A DNA stretch of 64,000 nt from Candidatus Latescibacterota bacterium (lineage in GTDB: Bacteria; Latescibacterota; UBA2968; GCA-2709665). The position numbers and the translations under genes were made by a program. How positions within the stretch are numbered: the stretch's first letter is position 1; every line of letters begins with the position of its first letter. Under the pieces are notes generated by a model. The model did no database searches, had not been told where the DNA came from, and was given only the letters and a program-made list of their open reading frames with translations. Positions 1-9,303 of the stretch are shown piece after piece. The DNA is taken from the NCBI GenBank assembly GCA_965116875.1, contig OZ220733.1, forward strand, positions 1,344,001 through 1,408,000, written 5' to 3'.

Positions 1-153
1 CAGTGCTCGCCCATCTCCGACACCACCGTACTCAGCTCGATGTGCACCGGCTGCGACCTCATGGACCACGTCAAGACGCAGATACCCCAGGCGTCCATCG
101 CGGCCTTCCTTGCGGCGATCTGCTGGACCGTCGTCGCCTTCTTCACCGCCTGA
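1..153 (+). CDS. C-terminal fragment of a Na+/H+ antiporter NhaC-family protein (runs off the window start)
   Basis: Frame 1 reads [31 protein letters not shown]..., the [10 protein letters not shown]...CD..DHV.TQ motif of NhaC-family transporters; TGA at 151-153. Confidence 0.8.
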   Translation, partial: QCSPISDTTVLSSMCTGCDLMDHVKTQIPQASIAAFLAAICWTVVAFFTA

Positions 154-289
154 GAGGACGTGGGCGGGGCAATCCATCAGGCATGGCGCCGGCCGCGTTT
201 TTCGTCGAAACGTGAGCGTCGGATTCACAAAAAAATTCCGCCCAAAGATAGCCAGGGGCGGAACTTGTCTGATTGTTGCTGAAATTCAC

Positions 290-658
290 TCATTCGTCCG
301 GATTCGGGCCCGGAGCGGGTGATTCGGTTCTCTCGGCCGCGTTCGAATCAGCACCTCCCTGATGTTCTCCGTTCTGCTGTTTCAATACGGCTTGCCTTCC
401 TGCCTGATATCCCAGTTCGTAATTCCTCTTCTTGATAGACTCATATATACCGAGTACCATATCGACAATCTCCATGATAATAAACGACACCGAAACGGAA
501 GACAGAACGATATTTCCTGAGCGCGTCACGATATCGAACAAGCCCTCCATTTTTCGTGCGTCGTAGTACCATAGTACGAGTCCTGCGATACAAAAAGCGA
601 TGGATAGACCGGCAAAGATAACTCTATTTGTGACGCTCCAAACCGAAAGCCGGTCCAT
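290..658 (-). CDS. Hypothetical small membrane protein (two hydrophobic segments, polar tail)
   Basis: 122-aa ORF, two TM-like stretches, AT-richer than flanks. Confidence 0.6.
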   Translation of the reverse strand: MDRLSVWSVTNRVIFAGLSIAFCIAGLVLWYYDARKMEGLFDIVTRSGNIVLSSVSVSFIIMEIVDMVLGIYESIKKRNYELGYQAGRQAVLKQQNGEHQGGADSNAAERTESPAPGPNPDE

Positions 659-724
659 TTTGCTCTTTCACAAAGTTACAGCTATCCAAGCCGGATGTCA
701 ACCATGTCATCGGCGTGACGCAGG

Positions 725-3688
725 CTACGTGCGGTTCCGCCCGATTCCTTTGAAAACCGACGAACGTACTGGCCGCTTTTTCAGGTCATTCCGCGTATGT
801 CTGCAGTCCGGCCAGTTCGAACAACCGATAAACCTTCCGTATTTTCCACGCTTCTCCAGCAGCCATCCTGAGCACCTGGGACATCCCTCAACGGCCTTCC
901 GGCAGTCCCGGCAACGGTAGTTTCCGTCGACTTTCGCCTGTACTCCAGTCCCGCAATGGGGACACGCCGGCTGTCGATACTCGCAATACGGCCAGAGAGA
1001 GCAACCGTAGAAGATCCCCCTGTCCTGAGCCCTGCCTCTCCGCTCCAGCCGTCCGTGAATGCATTTGGGGCACGGTACATCCTGTTCCGGTTGCTCGCCA
1101 TGAACCGTTACGTCATAGCCGTCCTTCATCAACTCCTCGACGAAGGTTGAAGGAGTCCGGTTATCGGCAATGAGATAGACGCCGCGCCTCGCGCGAGTGA
1201 CGGCGACGTAGAACAGGCGGCGCTCCTCGGCATATGGAAATGCTTCCGGCGCGGCCAGAACGAGATCCAGCAGCGGGTCGTCAACGATCCCGGCGGGAAA
1301 GCCGTACTTGCCGGCGCACAGGTCGAGCACCACCACATAGTCGGCCTCAAGGCCTTTGGAGCCGTGTACAGTCATGAACGAGAGTCGAAGATTGGAATGT
1401 GCTCGCGACAATGTTTCCATATTCCCGGGCGTGTTGTGCCGGTACCGGCCCAGCAGCAGTACCGTCGCGCGCTCGTCGTCCCCGTCTGCGTGAGCGGCAA
1501 CGGCATTCAACGTCTCCGCCAGAGGATCGGGACTGGTTTCCCGGGCGATCATTACGTGCACGCATGGACCGTCTGCATGAAAGATGGACGAAACCTGCTT
1601 GTGGATCTGCGCGGGGTTGCTGAGTACGAATCGGCTCGCGAGATCGGCGATACGGTCCGCGCATCTGAACGTCGTTTCCAGGTTGACGCGTTCGCTCTCG
1701 CCAAAGCGTTCCGTAAACTCTCGCATGATGGCGATGTCCGAACCCGCAAACCGGAAGATGGCCTGCCAATCGTCGCCCACTGCAAACAGCTGCGCGGTGC
1801 TCGACGTGTCCAGCAATGCCCTCAGCAATCCCGCTCTCCCGGCGGAAATATCCTGAAACTCATCGACGAGTATGTAGCCGAACCGGTTGCGGTAACGCCC
1901 GCTCCGCACGTGCTCCGTCGCGTTCGTAATCATGTCGTGGAAGTCGATTTGCCGCTGCCGCGAAAGCGATTCCTGGTAACGCTCATATACAGGAATGAAA
2001 ACAGTCAGGAAGGCCTCGGCCCGAGGCCGGTTTTCAGCCCCGGCGGCGCGACGGGCCACGTCGTCTGCCGAGAGTTGCGCGCCCTTGTAATGATGGAGGA
2101 AGGTCGCAATCAGACGTGTGAAAGGTTCGATTCGACCCTGCTCTTCAAGGACGGAGAATGTCTCCCCGGACGGGATCGGAGATAGCGTTACCCCATGTTC
2201 GGCCAGTTTTTCCGCCAGGTTCTCGGTCAGTCTGCCCGCATGTTTCTCGTAACTGTAGGTCTCTACGAGAACGGTGCCATGTTTCGCATGCAGGCGCCTT
2301 TTCCAGGCAAGCGACCTGAGATATTTACCGCGATCGATAAACGGAGGGGTTTGGTTCGATTCCGAGAGTGCAAGATGTTCAATGTATATCCCCGCGTCCG
2401 GAAGGTAGAAATCGGGTTGGTACTGTCTCTTGTCCGGCGTGGCGGTTTCGTGTTCGTAGTCGCGTTCGTACTCATAGGGCACACCGTTGAGGTAGAGGAA
2501 GTTGGCAATCTCGCATTCTTCGAAACTCTTGAGCTTCTCTCCCTGGAGGGAACGGACTTCATTGTCCCGGAGATACGCCCAATACGCTCCCTGAGTCCGG
2601 AATTCGAACTCGCTTCGGTACGGAGCAAAATGGCCCGCGAACCATTTGAGCATGACCTCTGAAAATCCGGGGTCGGCGAGGAGATCGCGAACGATCCCCT
2701 TCAGCAGGTCGAACAGGGCCTGATTATCGACCGCGGCCCTGGCCACCGCCGGGCGCCTGCGTTCCGCCTCGCCGATGATGGACATGCCCAGGCTGTGGAA
2801 GGTTCGGACCGTGAGTTTGTCGCACAACTCAACGCCGAGGCGTTTCCGGATCCTGTCCACCATTTCTTCCTGGGCGTCTTTGGCGAATGCCAGGAGAAGC
2901 AGTTCCGATGGGCGCCGGTAACCCTTCCGAATGAGCCAGCCCGCCTTGGCAACGATGACCGACGTCTTGCCGCTTCCGGCGGCTGCAACGACCAGGTTGC
3001 GGTCTTCATCGACGACAACCGCTCTCCGTTGCTCGTCCGTGAGCGGTCTTGCCTCCACGCTGTCGAAGAATTCCCCGGACCGCACCAGTTCATTGGCCAC
3101 AAAGGCGTGGCAGGCTCTCGTCCGGCAACGTTCGGAATCGTCCGTGAATTCCTGAATCGCCTTCAGCATTCGGATTTCCGCGACGTCCGACAGCTGTTCG
3201 GGCCACCGAGCGGGGAACCGGGCGGCCACGTCTCTGGCAGCACGTTCGATCGGGGCAAAGACGGTACGCGACACGTACCGCGGCGGGTCGCCAAGCTGCG
3301 CCAGGCGGTTGGTAACGGATTGAATCGCCCCGGCATGCGCATCCAGGGCGCCTCGCCACCAGTCGACTCTCGCTCGCAAGAGTGCTTTTCCCAGAAACTG
3401 CGCGTCCGGTTTCGAGAGTCCGGATACCGTCGCATTGCCGGAGGCGAAACGTACCTGCAATCCTCCCCAAAACCACCCGTGCGTCACCTCCGAGATCTCG
3501 ATTTCCCGAATGGGGACAGCCATCGACCCGGACGGTCGCTCCAGGTTCAACGATTCGCCGTTCAATGTGACCGCTCCGGCATGTCCCGGACGCAGAAACG
3601 GGAACACGTACGAGGCCAGGCCGGATCGTCCGACGCGCATGGGTCCTCTGGGGGTTGAATTACGTCTGTGGGCGCGGGCCATGGCCAT
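725..3688 (-). CDS. UvrD/helicase IV-like SF1 helicase with inserted PD-(D/E)xK-like domain and C-terminal topoisomerase-type Zn ribbons
   Basis: AAAGSGKT, LVDEFQD, VGDDWQAIFRFAGS, TVHGSKGLE, EERRLFYVAVTRAR; C-terminal CPKC/GCSLWPYC/CPHC/CPRC/GCSNWPDC; start uncertain (3688, 3682 or 3640). Confidence 0.88.
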   Translation of the reverse strand: MAMARAHRRNSTPRGPMRVGRSGLASYVFPFLRPGHAGAVTLNGESLNLERPSGSMAVPIREIEISEVTHGWFWGGLQVRFASGNATVSGLSKPDAQFLGKALLRARVDWWRGALDAHAGAIQSVTNRLAQLGDPPRYVSRTVFAPIERAARDVAARFPARWPEQLSDVAEIRMLKAIQEFTDDSERCRTRACHAFVANELVRSGEFFDSVEARPLTDEQRRAVVVDEDRNLVVAAAGSGKTSVIVAKAGWLIRKGYRRPSELLLLAFAKDAQEEMVDRIRKRLGVELCDKLTVRTFHSLGMSIIGEAERRRPAVARAAVDNQALFDLLKGIVRDLLADPGFSEVMLKWFAGHFAPYRSEFEFRTQGAYWAYLRDNEVRSLQGEKLKSFEECEIANFLYLNGVPYEYERDYEHETATPDKRQYQPDFYLPDAGIYIEHLALSESNQTPPFIDRGKYLRSLAWKRRLHAKHGTVLVETYSYEKHAGRLTENLAEKLAEHGVTLSPIPSGETFSVLEEQGRIEPFTRLIATFLHHYKGAQLSADDVARRAAGAENRPRAEAFLTVFIPVYERYQESLSRQRQIDFHDMITNATEHVRSGRYRNRFGYILVDEFQDISAGRAGLLRALLDTSSTAQLFAVGDDWQAIFRFAGSDIAIMREFTERFGESERVNLETTFRCADRIADLASRFVLSNPAQIHKQVSSIFHADGPCVHVMIARETSPDPLAETLNAVAAHADGDDERATVLLLGRYRHNTPGNMETLSRAHSNLRLSFMTVHGSKGLEADYVVVLDLCAGKYGFPAGIVDDPLLDLVLAAPEAFPYAEERRLFYVAVTRARRGVYLIADNRTPSTFVEELMKDGYDVTVHGEQPEQDVPCPKCIHGRLERRGRAQDRGIFYGCSLWPYCEYRQPACPHCGTGVQAKVDGNYRCRDCRKAVEGCPRCSGWLLEKRGKYGRFIGCSNWPDCRHTRNDLKKRPVRSSVFKGIGRNRT

Positions 3689-3921
3689 GTATGATTTCCG
3701 CACACGCGAAGTACATCGGATGACGCGGCATCCTTTTCTAGAGCGTGGCCTTCTGGCGCACGCGAAATGTCGCCCGGAAGTCTCTCCATTCCGGGTTGGG
3801 CGGGTATTTTCCTGCAAAAAGCACGCCAAGTCGCCGAACCATCCGCAAAACGCGTCGGTGGCTTGTCGGCGAAAGCTGTCATCCTGAAGAGGCCGACACG
3901 CAGGCACCAGGCTGACCGCGC

Positions 3922-4009
3922 AATCATTCCCCCTTTGAGGGGGAGTCGCAAGAGCCGAGCCGATCCCTGAGCTTGTCGAAGGGCCGGCGGCGGCTGATGC
4001 GGTGGGGGA
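3922..4009. repeat. REP-like ~88-bp element, copy 1
   Basis: Near-identical reverse complement of 6752-6841; contains a CCCCCTTTGAGGGGG hairpin and CCTGAGCTTGTCGAAGGG. Confidence 0.85.
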
Positions 4010-4367
4010 CGTCAGCCCCTCGACACGACCGGCACGCTGAGGAAATCTCCAGGCTGAGGATGTGTCCGCACACGCTTCGGTCTCTGCCCCGATCGGGACC
4101 AAAGGCCATCCCGCTTCGAATTCCCCCTTTGTTTTCCGTTGACACGCTTCCGCAAACCCGCTTTCTTTCGCATTCGGCGTCCGCGTCCGCCCTCACGAGT
4201 GATCCACCCTGCTTCCCGAAACCTCGAAACCGATGGCGATCTCAGTCGAGAATCGTATACTCCCTCACAATGCGGTTCTTCCTCGAACAGGCGCAATCCG
4301 GCACGCGTATGACTGTTCACGTGTAAACCGTCCCTTGAGACGTTTTTTTCAGTCGAAAGGCCATTGA

Positions 4368-5168
4368 ATGGAAACCGTACGCGACAGGCTCTGGATCTTC
4401 ACCTGTGTGGCCGGATCGGACAATGACTCGCTGACTTCCGCCGGGTACACGCAGGGCTCCCGGATGACGCCCGCCGAAGGGGCGTTGTTTCTTGACGTTC
4501 CCAACCTCCATATGATCCGGTGGCGCGGCCTGCCCGCGTACCCGTACGATCAGTTCGCCGTTACCCTTTCCTCACTGAAACAGGTCACCTGGTCCATCGT
4601 GGGCAGCGGCGGGCAGGTGGAAGGGGACGAACTGCAACGCGTGCTGGACCTTGCCGGAAGCCATCCCAACGTCACCGGCGTCTATCTGGACGACTTCATG
4701 CGAAAGAACGGCAGGGGAGCCCTCAGCGTGGACGACCTCGCCGGCATTCGTCCCAGACTGGACGTTGCCGGCAGAAGGCTGGACCTCTGGGTCGTCCTTT
4801 ACATCAGGCAACTCGACCTTCCGGTTGCGCCCTACCTTGAATACTGCGACGTGGTCAATCTCTGGACCTGGAACTCCGACGAACTGAAGGACCTTGAACG
4901 GAATCTGGACCGGCTGGAAGCAATCAATCCCGGCGGCAGGGTTTCCCTGGGGTGCTATCTCTGGGACTTCCACAACCGGCGCCCGGTCTCCATTCCGCAG
5001 ATGGAACACCAGTGCGAACTGGGGCTCCGGTGGCTCCGGGACGGCCGCATTGAAAGCATCGTTTTCCTGGCCAATACCACCTGCGACATAGGGATCGAAT
5101 CCGCGCCCTGGGCGCAGGCTTGGATCAGAAGAGTCGGCGATTTACCGCTTGACGCTGTCAAGGAATGA
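4368..5168 (+). CDS. Hypothetical protein, possibly glycoside-hydrolase-like TIM barrel
   Basis: 266-aa ORF with alternating beta/alpha pattern and a GVYLDDF motif; function not assignable. Confidence 0.65.
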   Translation: METVRDRLWIFTCVAGSDNDSLTSAGYTQGSRMTPAEGALFLDVPNLHMIRWRGLPAYPYDQFAVTLSSLKQVTWSIVGSGGQVEGDELQRVLDLAGSHPNVTGVYLDDFMRKNGRGALSVDDLAGIRPRLDVAGRRLDLWVVLYIRQLDLPVAPYLEYCDVVNLWTWNSDELKDLERNLDRLEAINPGGRVSLGCYLWDFHNRRPVSIPQMEHQCELGLRWLRDGRIESIVFLANTTCDIGIESAPWAQAWIRRVGDLPLDAVKE

Positions 5169-5185
5169 ACCGGACGCGCGATACA

Positions 5186-5349
5186 ATGGCCACAAAAAGC
5201 ACAGAACGAACAAAGCAGTACGGAAACGGCCACAATCGCGTCAAGAGTTTCGCGGCCATCAAACGAATGCCTGGGTCGCTGCACTGCAGAACTGAAACTG
5301 AATTTGGTAAGACGTGATCTTTTGTGTTTTTGTGCCTTTTGTGGCAATT
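5186..5349. repeat. Inverted repeat arms (GCCACAAAAAGCACAGAA ... TTTTGTGCCTTTTGTGGC)
   Basis: 5186-5214 is imperfectly complementary to 5319-5349. Confidence 0.7.
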
Positions 5350-5399
5350 GCTTTTACGCCCCAAAACAGTTCACGCCGGAAATCGAGGAGACCACCAGA

Positions 5400-6668
5400 A
5401 TGAAAAACTGCGAGCGAGTTGGCGCCGGTGTTGGCAAAAGCACCCATATACCGAGCGACGGCCTTCACGCGTTCTACGCGGGCGGCCAGACGTACACGGG
5501 CGCGACGGGTGAGAGAATGGTCGAAACCGTGACGTCCGAGCTCCTCCAGTGGGTGAATCACGACGACGGACGTACGACCCTGGACGCCTGCTACGACGGC
5601 ACCTGGGTGAGGGTGTCGGACGACAACGGATCGCAGTGGACGGATCTGGGACCCAGGGTACGTTTCGACGTTGGTATCGCGGAGGAGCAGTTGATGCCGG
5701 CGGGATTCAGCCTGGATACGAAGAACGACATCCTGCTGCGGTTCTACCGGGGGCAAAGGGCCGACAGGCGTTGTTACGGCTACATCGATCAGGGCGCCTA
5801 CCGGGCATTTTACAGCTTATCCGCAGATCAGGGTGCGACGTGGAGCGATCCCGTCCAGATTATCGCCCGGGGGGACGGTTTCAACGCGGACCGCTGGGGG
5901 CCGGGTTTCGAGTACGGCGTTCGCGGTGCGATACTCAACGGGAGCCACTGCATCTGGATGGAAGACGGGTCCGTGCTGGCGCCGTTCACGGAGTACGAAC
6001 GGCTGGACGGTTCCAGACCCTGGTACTTCCGGGTGGTCTGCGCGAGGGGATTCTGGAAGGAAGACCGGAGCGGGTTCGACTGGGAATTCGGGGATTTTAT
6101 CGAGGTACCGGCCGAGAAAGCGAGCGTCGGATGCTGCGAACCCTCCATCACGGCGCTGGAATCAGGCGCATTGTTCGTCACCATGAGATGTCAGGGAAAC
6201 GAGGCCACGGGCCACCATACCATCCCCTATACCGCCGTTTCGGAAGACGGCGGGATGAACTGGTCGCAGCCGGATCCGCTGCTGTACGACGACGGCACGA
6301 ACGTCTGGACGCCCGCCTCCTGTACGGCCTTTTATGATTCGTCCGTTACCGGCAAGACCTACTGGATCGCCAATATCCTGGAGGGCCCGGTGTACGGGCA
6401 GATCCCTCGATATCCGCTGCAGATTGCTGAATTCGACACACGCAATGCGTGTATCGTAAAGGACTCGGTCCGGCTGATTCAGGACAGACCCGACGATGCG
6501 CACGAAAACGTGAGATATACCAACTTCGGGTGGTACGAAGACAGAAGGACCGGTCGGCTGATGATCACGCTTCCCGAGCAGTACCGCCGCATGGGTTGGG
6601 ACGACATGGAAAAGCCGGAGGACTTCGCGGCGGATTGCGTCAAATACACGGTGGATATTGGCGGATAG
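5400..6668 (+). CDS. Sialidase-family (BNR/Asp-box) beta-propeller protein
   Basis: Asp-boxes SDDNGSQW, SADQGATW, SEDGGMNW; CCEPSI motif; GAGGAG upstream of ATG 5400. Confidence 0.8.
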   Translation: MKNCERVGAGVGKSTHIPSDGLHAFYAGGQTYTGATGERMVETVTSELLQWVNHDDGRTTLDACYDGTWVRVSDDNGSQWTDLGPRVRFDVGIAEEQLMPAGFSLDTKNDILLRFYRGQRADRRCYGYIDQGAYRAFYSLSADQGATWSDPVQIIARGDGFNADRWGPGFEYGVRGAILNGSHCIWMEDGSVLAPFTEYERLDGSRPWYFRVVCARGFWKEDRSGFDWEFGDFIEVPAEKASVGCCEPSITALESGALFVTMRCQGNEATGHHTIPYTAVSEDGGMNWSQPDPLLYDDGTNVWTPASCTAFYDSSVTGKTYWIANILEGPVYGQIPRYPLQIAEFDTRNACIVKDSVRLIQDRPDDAHENVRYTNFGWYEDRRTGRLMITLPEQYRRMGWDDMEKPEDFAADCVKYTVDIGG

Positions 6669-6751
6669 GCGGTTGGTACAATGAACGTGCAATTCCTGGG
6701 CGGCGCCTTTCTCTGAGCGGCGGGTAGACAGAAGACAATATGGTGTCAGAA

Positions 6752-6841
6752 TCCCCCCACCGCATCAGCCGTCGCCGGCCCTTCGACAAGCTCAGGGAAC
6801 GGCTCGGCTTCCGCGACTCCCCCTCAAGGGGGGAGTAATTG
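6752..6841. repeat. REP-like ~88-bp element, copy 2 (inverted relative to copy 1)
   Basis: CCCTTCGACAAGCTCAGGG core and CTCCCCCTCAAGGGGGGAG hairpin; reverse complement of 3922-4009. Confidence 0.85.
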
Positions 6842-6927
6842 GTCCATCAAACGGGCGCGCGCGTTTCCTACCGCCTATTTGGTGGCGGCCGAGCAAGACG
6901 AAGCCGCGCACGGCGTCCGTCAGAAAA

Positions 6928-8619
6928 TCATTCAGCGTATCGGGAGATGAGATCCGCAGCGGCCTCATCTCCTTTTTTATTCGCCCAGGCGAGGGGCGTA
7001 GCCCAATCCGCGCCGGCCAGCGTGGGGTCGGCTCCGCGTTCGAGGTACAGTCGGGCCAGTTCGTGCTTGCCCCATCTGACTGCCCAGCCCAGCGGCGTGG
7101 ATTGAAGCAGGTCGTCGATAACGTTCAGATCGGCGCCGTGGTCGAGAAGGATGGTGGCAAACACAGCCCGTTCGCGCTCGGTCATAATGGGTTCGCCCCA
7201 GACGATCCCGCAGGCCGCCAGGTGGTGCGCCAGCCGGTACCCGAAACGCCCGACGAGATTGGGACTCACGCCGTGACTCAGGATCATCCGGAAGATTTCG
7301 GGATAGACCGTCCGGTCAAAGTCGCGGAACTTGCGGTGTGGGTTGGTCCGCCACAGGCGCAACGGCTGCTCCAGCAGGCCGAACCAGCGACCGTCATCGG
7401 GTCCCCAGTCGAGTTGCCGCAGGCACATCCCCACAATATCGGGGTCGCCGCCGCATCCGGCTGCCCAGAGCAGCTTCTCCGCGATCGACGGGTCGTTATG
7501 AAGGGCGACGGCCGCGGCAGCGGTTTCAGCCTCGAGCCCGATGGTGCCGTGATCCAGTACGCCTCCGTATCGAAAAAGCAGTCCCTTCATCTTCTCGTCG
7601 CGGTTGTTGTACGCCGCGCCCACGGGATTGGCGCTGGCATAGATGCTGGCGTTGGGATCGGCGCCGCGCTCGAGCAGGAGTTCAGCGATTTCATATCGGG
7701 AATTGCCCGCCGCATTGGACAGGGGCTGGCCCCATGAATACGGCTTCGATTCGTAGTGGTGCAGCTGATGCCTGTCGTCCGGGTGCAGACCCAGGTCCAG
7801 CAGCAAACGTACCATGTCGACGTCGTCATTCTGAACGGCGATCGTCAGAAGGCCGTTGCGCTCACTGTCGTCGGACTGAAAGCGTTCGGGATGCGCCTTC
7901 GCGAACGTACGAACAAACTCGAAATCCCCCAGGGCGACGGCCGATTCAATGGATTGCTCGCATCCCGCCCGCAGCAGGATGCCCGCGCAGATCAGACACC
8001 CTTCGTTGAGCGGCCTGTTTCGCCCGCGTACGTTAAGGACCGCGCCGTCGAGGGGCGATTGACCTTCCGGCGTGAGATGACCGATATCGGCGCCGCGATC
8101 GAGCAGTTCGCGAACCAGCCGGTAACGGCCGTGCGACGCGGCCGCGTGAATCACGCTGCCCCCATCGCGATGACACGCGTCCAGAAGACCGGGGTGCCGA
8201 TCCAGTATTTCGAGCGCGGCCTCGTCCCGACCCTCCCGGACGGCATCGAAAAGCGCATCGTTTTCCTCGGTAATCGTGATGTTCTTACAGGCGGCCAGCT
8301 TGCGTTTTTCGTCCTCTTCCCTGATTACGTGGACGATGTCGTCCAGGCCGCGTTCCCGCGCCATGGTAAACGCGCCGGTGGCATCGCGGTGGGGATAGAT
8401 GCCCGAGTTGTGGTCCGCCCCCGCTTCCATGAGAACACGTACCGCATCGACGTGGCGGTTCATCACCGCGTAATGAATCGCGCGGTGTTCGTTGTTTTCG
8501 GCCATGTGTACGTTCACCAGATCGGGCTGTTCGTCGAGAATGTGTTGAATCCTCGAGACATCGCCGTTGGCTGCAGCCTCACAGAGATCGGCCACCCTGT
8601 AAACGCCATTTGTCGTCAT
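6928..8619 (-). CDS. Ankyrin-repeat protein
   Basis: Multiple ankyrin units (AIHYAV..VRVLMEAGAD, LLDRGADI, LLERGADPN, TPLGWAV..LERGADP). Confidence 0.9.
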   Translation of the reverse strand: MTTNGVYRVADLCEAAANGDVSRIQHILDEQPDLVNVHMAENNEHRAIHYAVMNRHVDAVRVLMEAGADHNSGIYPHRDATGAFTMARERGLDDIVHVIREEDEKRKLAACKNITITEENDALFDAVREGRDEAALEILDRHPGLLDACHRDGGSVIHAAASHGRYRLVRELLDRGADIGHLTPEGQSPLDGAVLNVRGRNRPLNEGCLICAGILLRAGCEQSIESAVALGDFEFVRTFAKAHPERFQSDDSERNGLLTIAVQNDDVDMVRLLLDLGLHPDDRHQLHHYESKPYSWGQPLSNAAGNSRYEIAELLLERGADPNASIYASANPVGAAYNNRDEKMKGLLFRYGGVLDHGTIGLEAETAAAAVALHNDPSIAEKLLWAAGCGGDPDIVGMCLRQLDWGPDDGRWFGLLEQPLRLWRTNPHRKFRDFDRTVYPEIFRMILSHGVSPNLVGRFGYRLAHHLAACGIVWGEPIMTERERAVFATILLDHGADLNVIDDLLQSTPLGWAVRWGKHELARLYLERGADPTLAGADWATPLAWANKKGDEAAADLISRYAE

Positions 8620-8664
8620 ATCTGTTCCTTTTGGGTTTGCCGTTCATCCAATGCCGCGATCGGA

Positions 8665-9222
8665 TCAAAGTCCGTATTCCAACGTGAGCTCCCTCTTCAC
8701 GTCCGTTCTCCCGACGCTTTCCTTTATATCCTCCATGATTTCCAACCACCTGTGTTCCCTGAATTTGCCGAAGTCGAGGACGAATCCGGGAAGCGCCCTG
8801 CTCTCGACAAGACCGGCCGGCTCCTGACCGAGCACTTCGAACTTCCCGCCTCGAAGCTGGTACCACGTCGCCGGTTTTCCGTTTTCCACGAACAATGCCT
8901 CCTGAACTCCCGAAGCTTCATAGATCTGACGCTTCTTGCCCGGATCGGAGAATCCGTGCTTGGACTCGATCTCCAGTACGAAGTTCGGCGGCCCCTCGTA
9001 GACCTGGTGTTCGTGGTTTTTTCGACAGATCTGCCGGGGACCGTTCCTCCGCACGATCACACCCACGTTCGGATAGACCATACAATCCGACTTCCCGCCG
9101 TATTCGAGCCGCACGGGCGGGAAGAGAACCACGTCCATACCGGTAGCGAGCATTCGATAATAATTGATCACCGTGAGAATATCCGTGTGATGTCTTGACA
9201 CGTTTGCGTCGGGTATCCACAT
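8665..9222 (-). CDS. Uma2-family (DUF820) endonuclease-like protein
   Basis: YEGPPNFVLEIES...KRQIYEASGVQE...ESRALPGFVLD; GGAGG upstream of ATG 9222 (9231 is an alternative). Confidence 0.75.
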   Translation of the reverse strand: MWIPDANVSRHHTDILTVINYYRMLATGMDVVLFPPVRLEYGGKSDCMVYPNVGVIVRRNGPRQICRKNHEHQVYEGPPNFVLEIESKHGFSDPGKKRQIYEASGVQEALFVENGKPATWYQLRGGKFEVLGQEPAGLVESRALPGFVLDFGKFREHRWLEIMEDIKESVGRTDVKRELTLEYGL

Positions 9223-9303
9223 GATTATCATCCTCCCACGTCAATTCCGTTCGTGGTCATCCCGGTTCCATTCTCGATGCGTCGTTCGTCCGGCCGTGCG
9301 TTC

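Noticed and set aside
3689-4102. N-terminal extension of the helicase ORF
   Set aside because: Runs through the REP-like repeat and looks non-coding; the true start is probably near 3688
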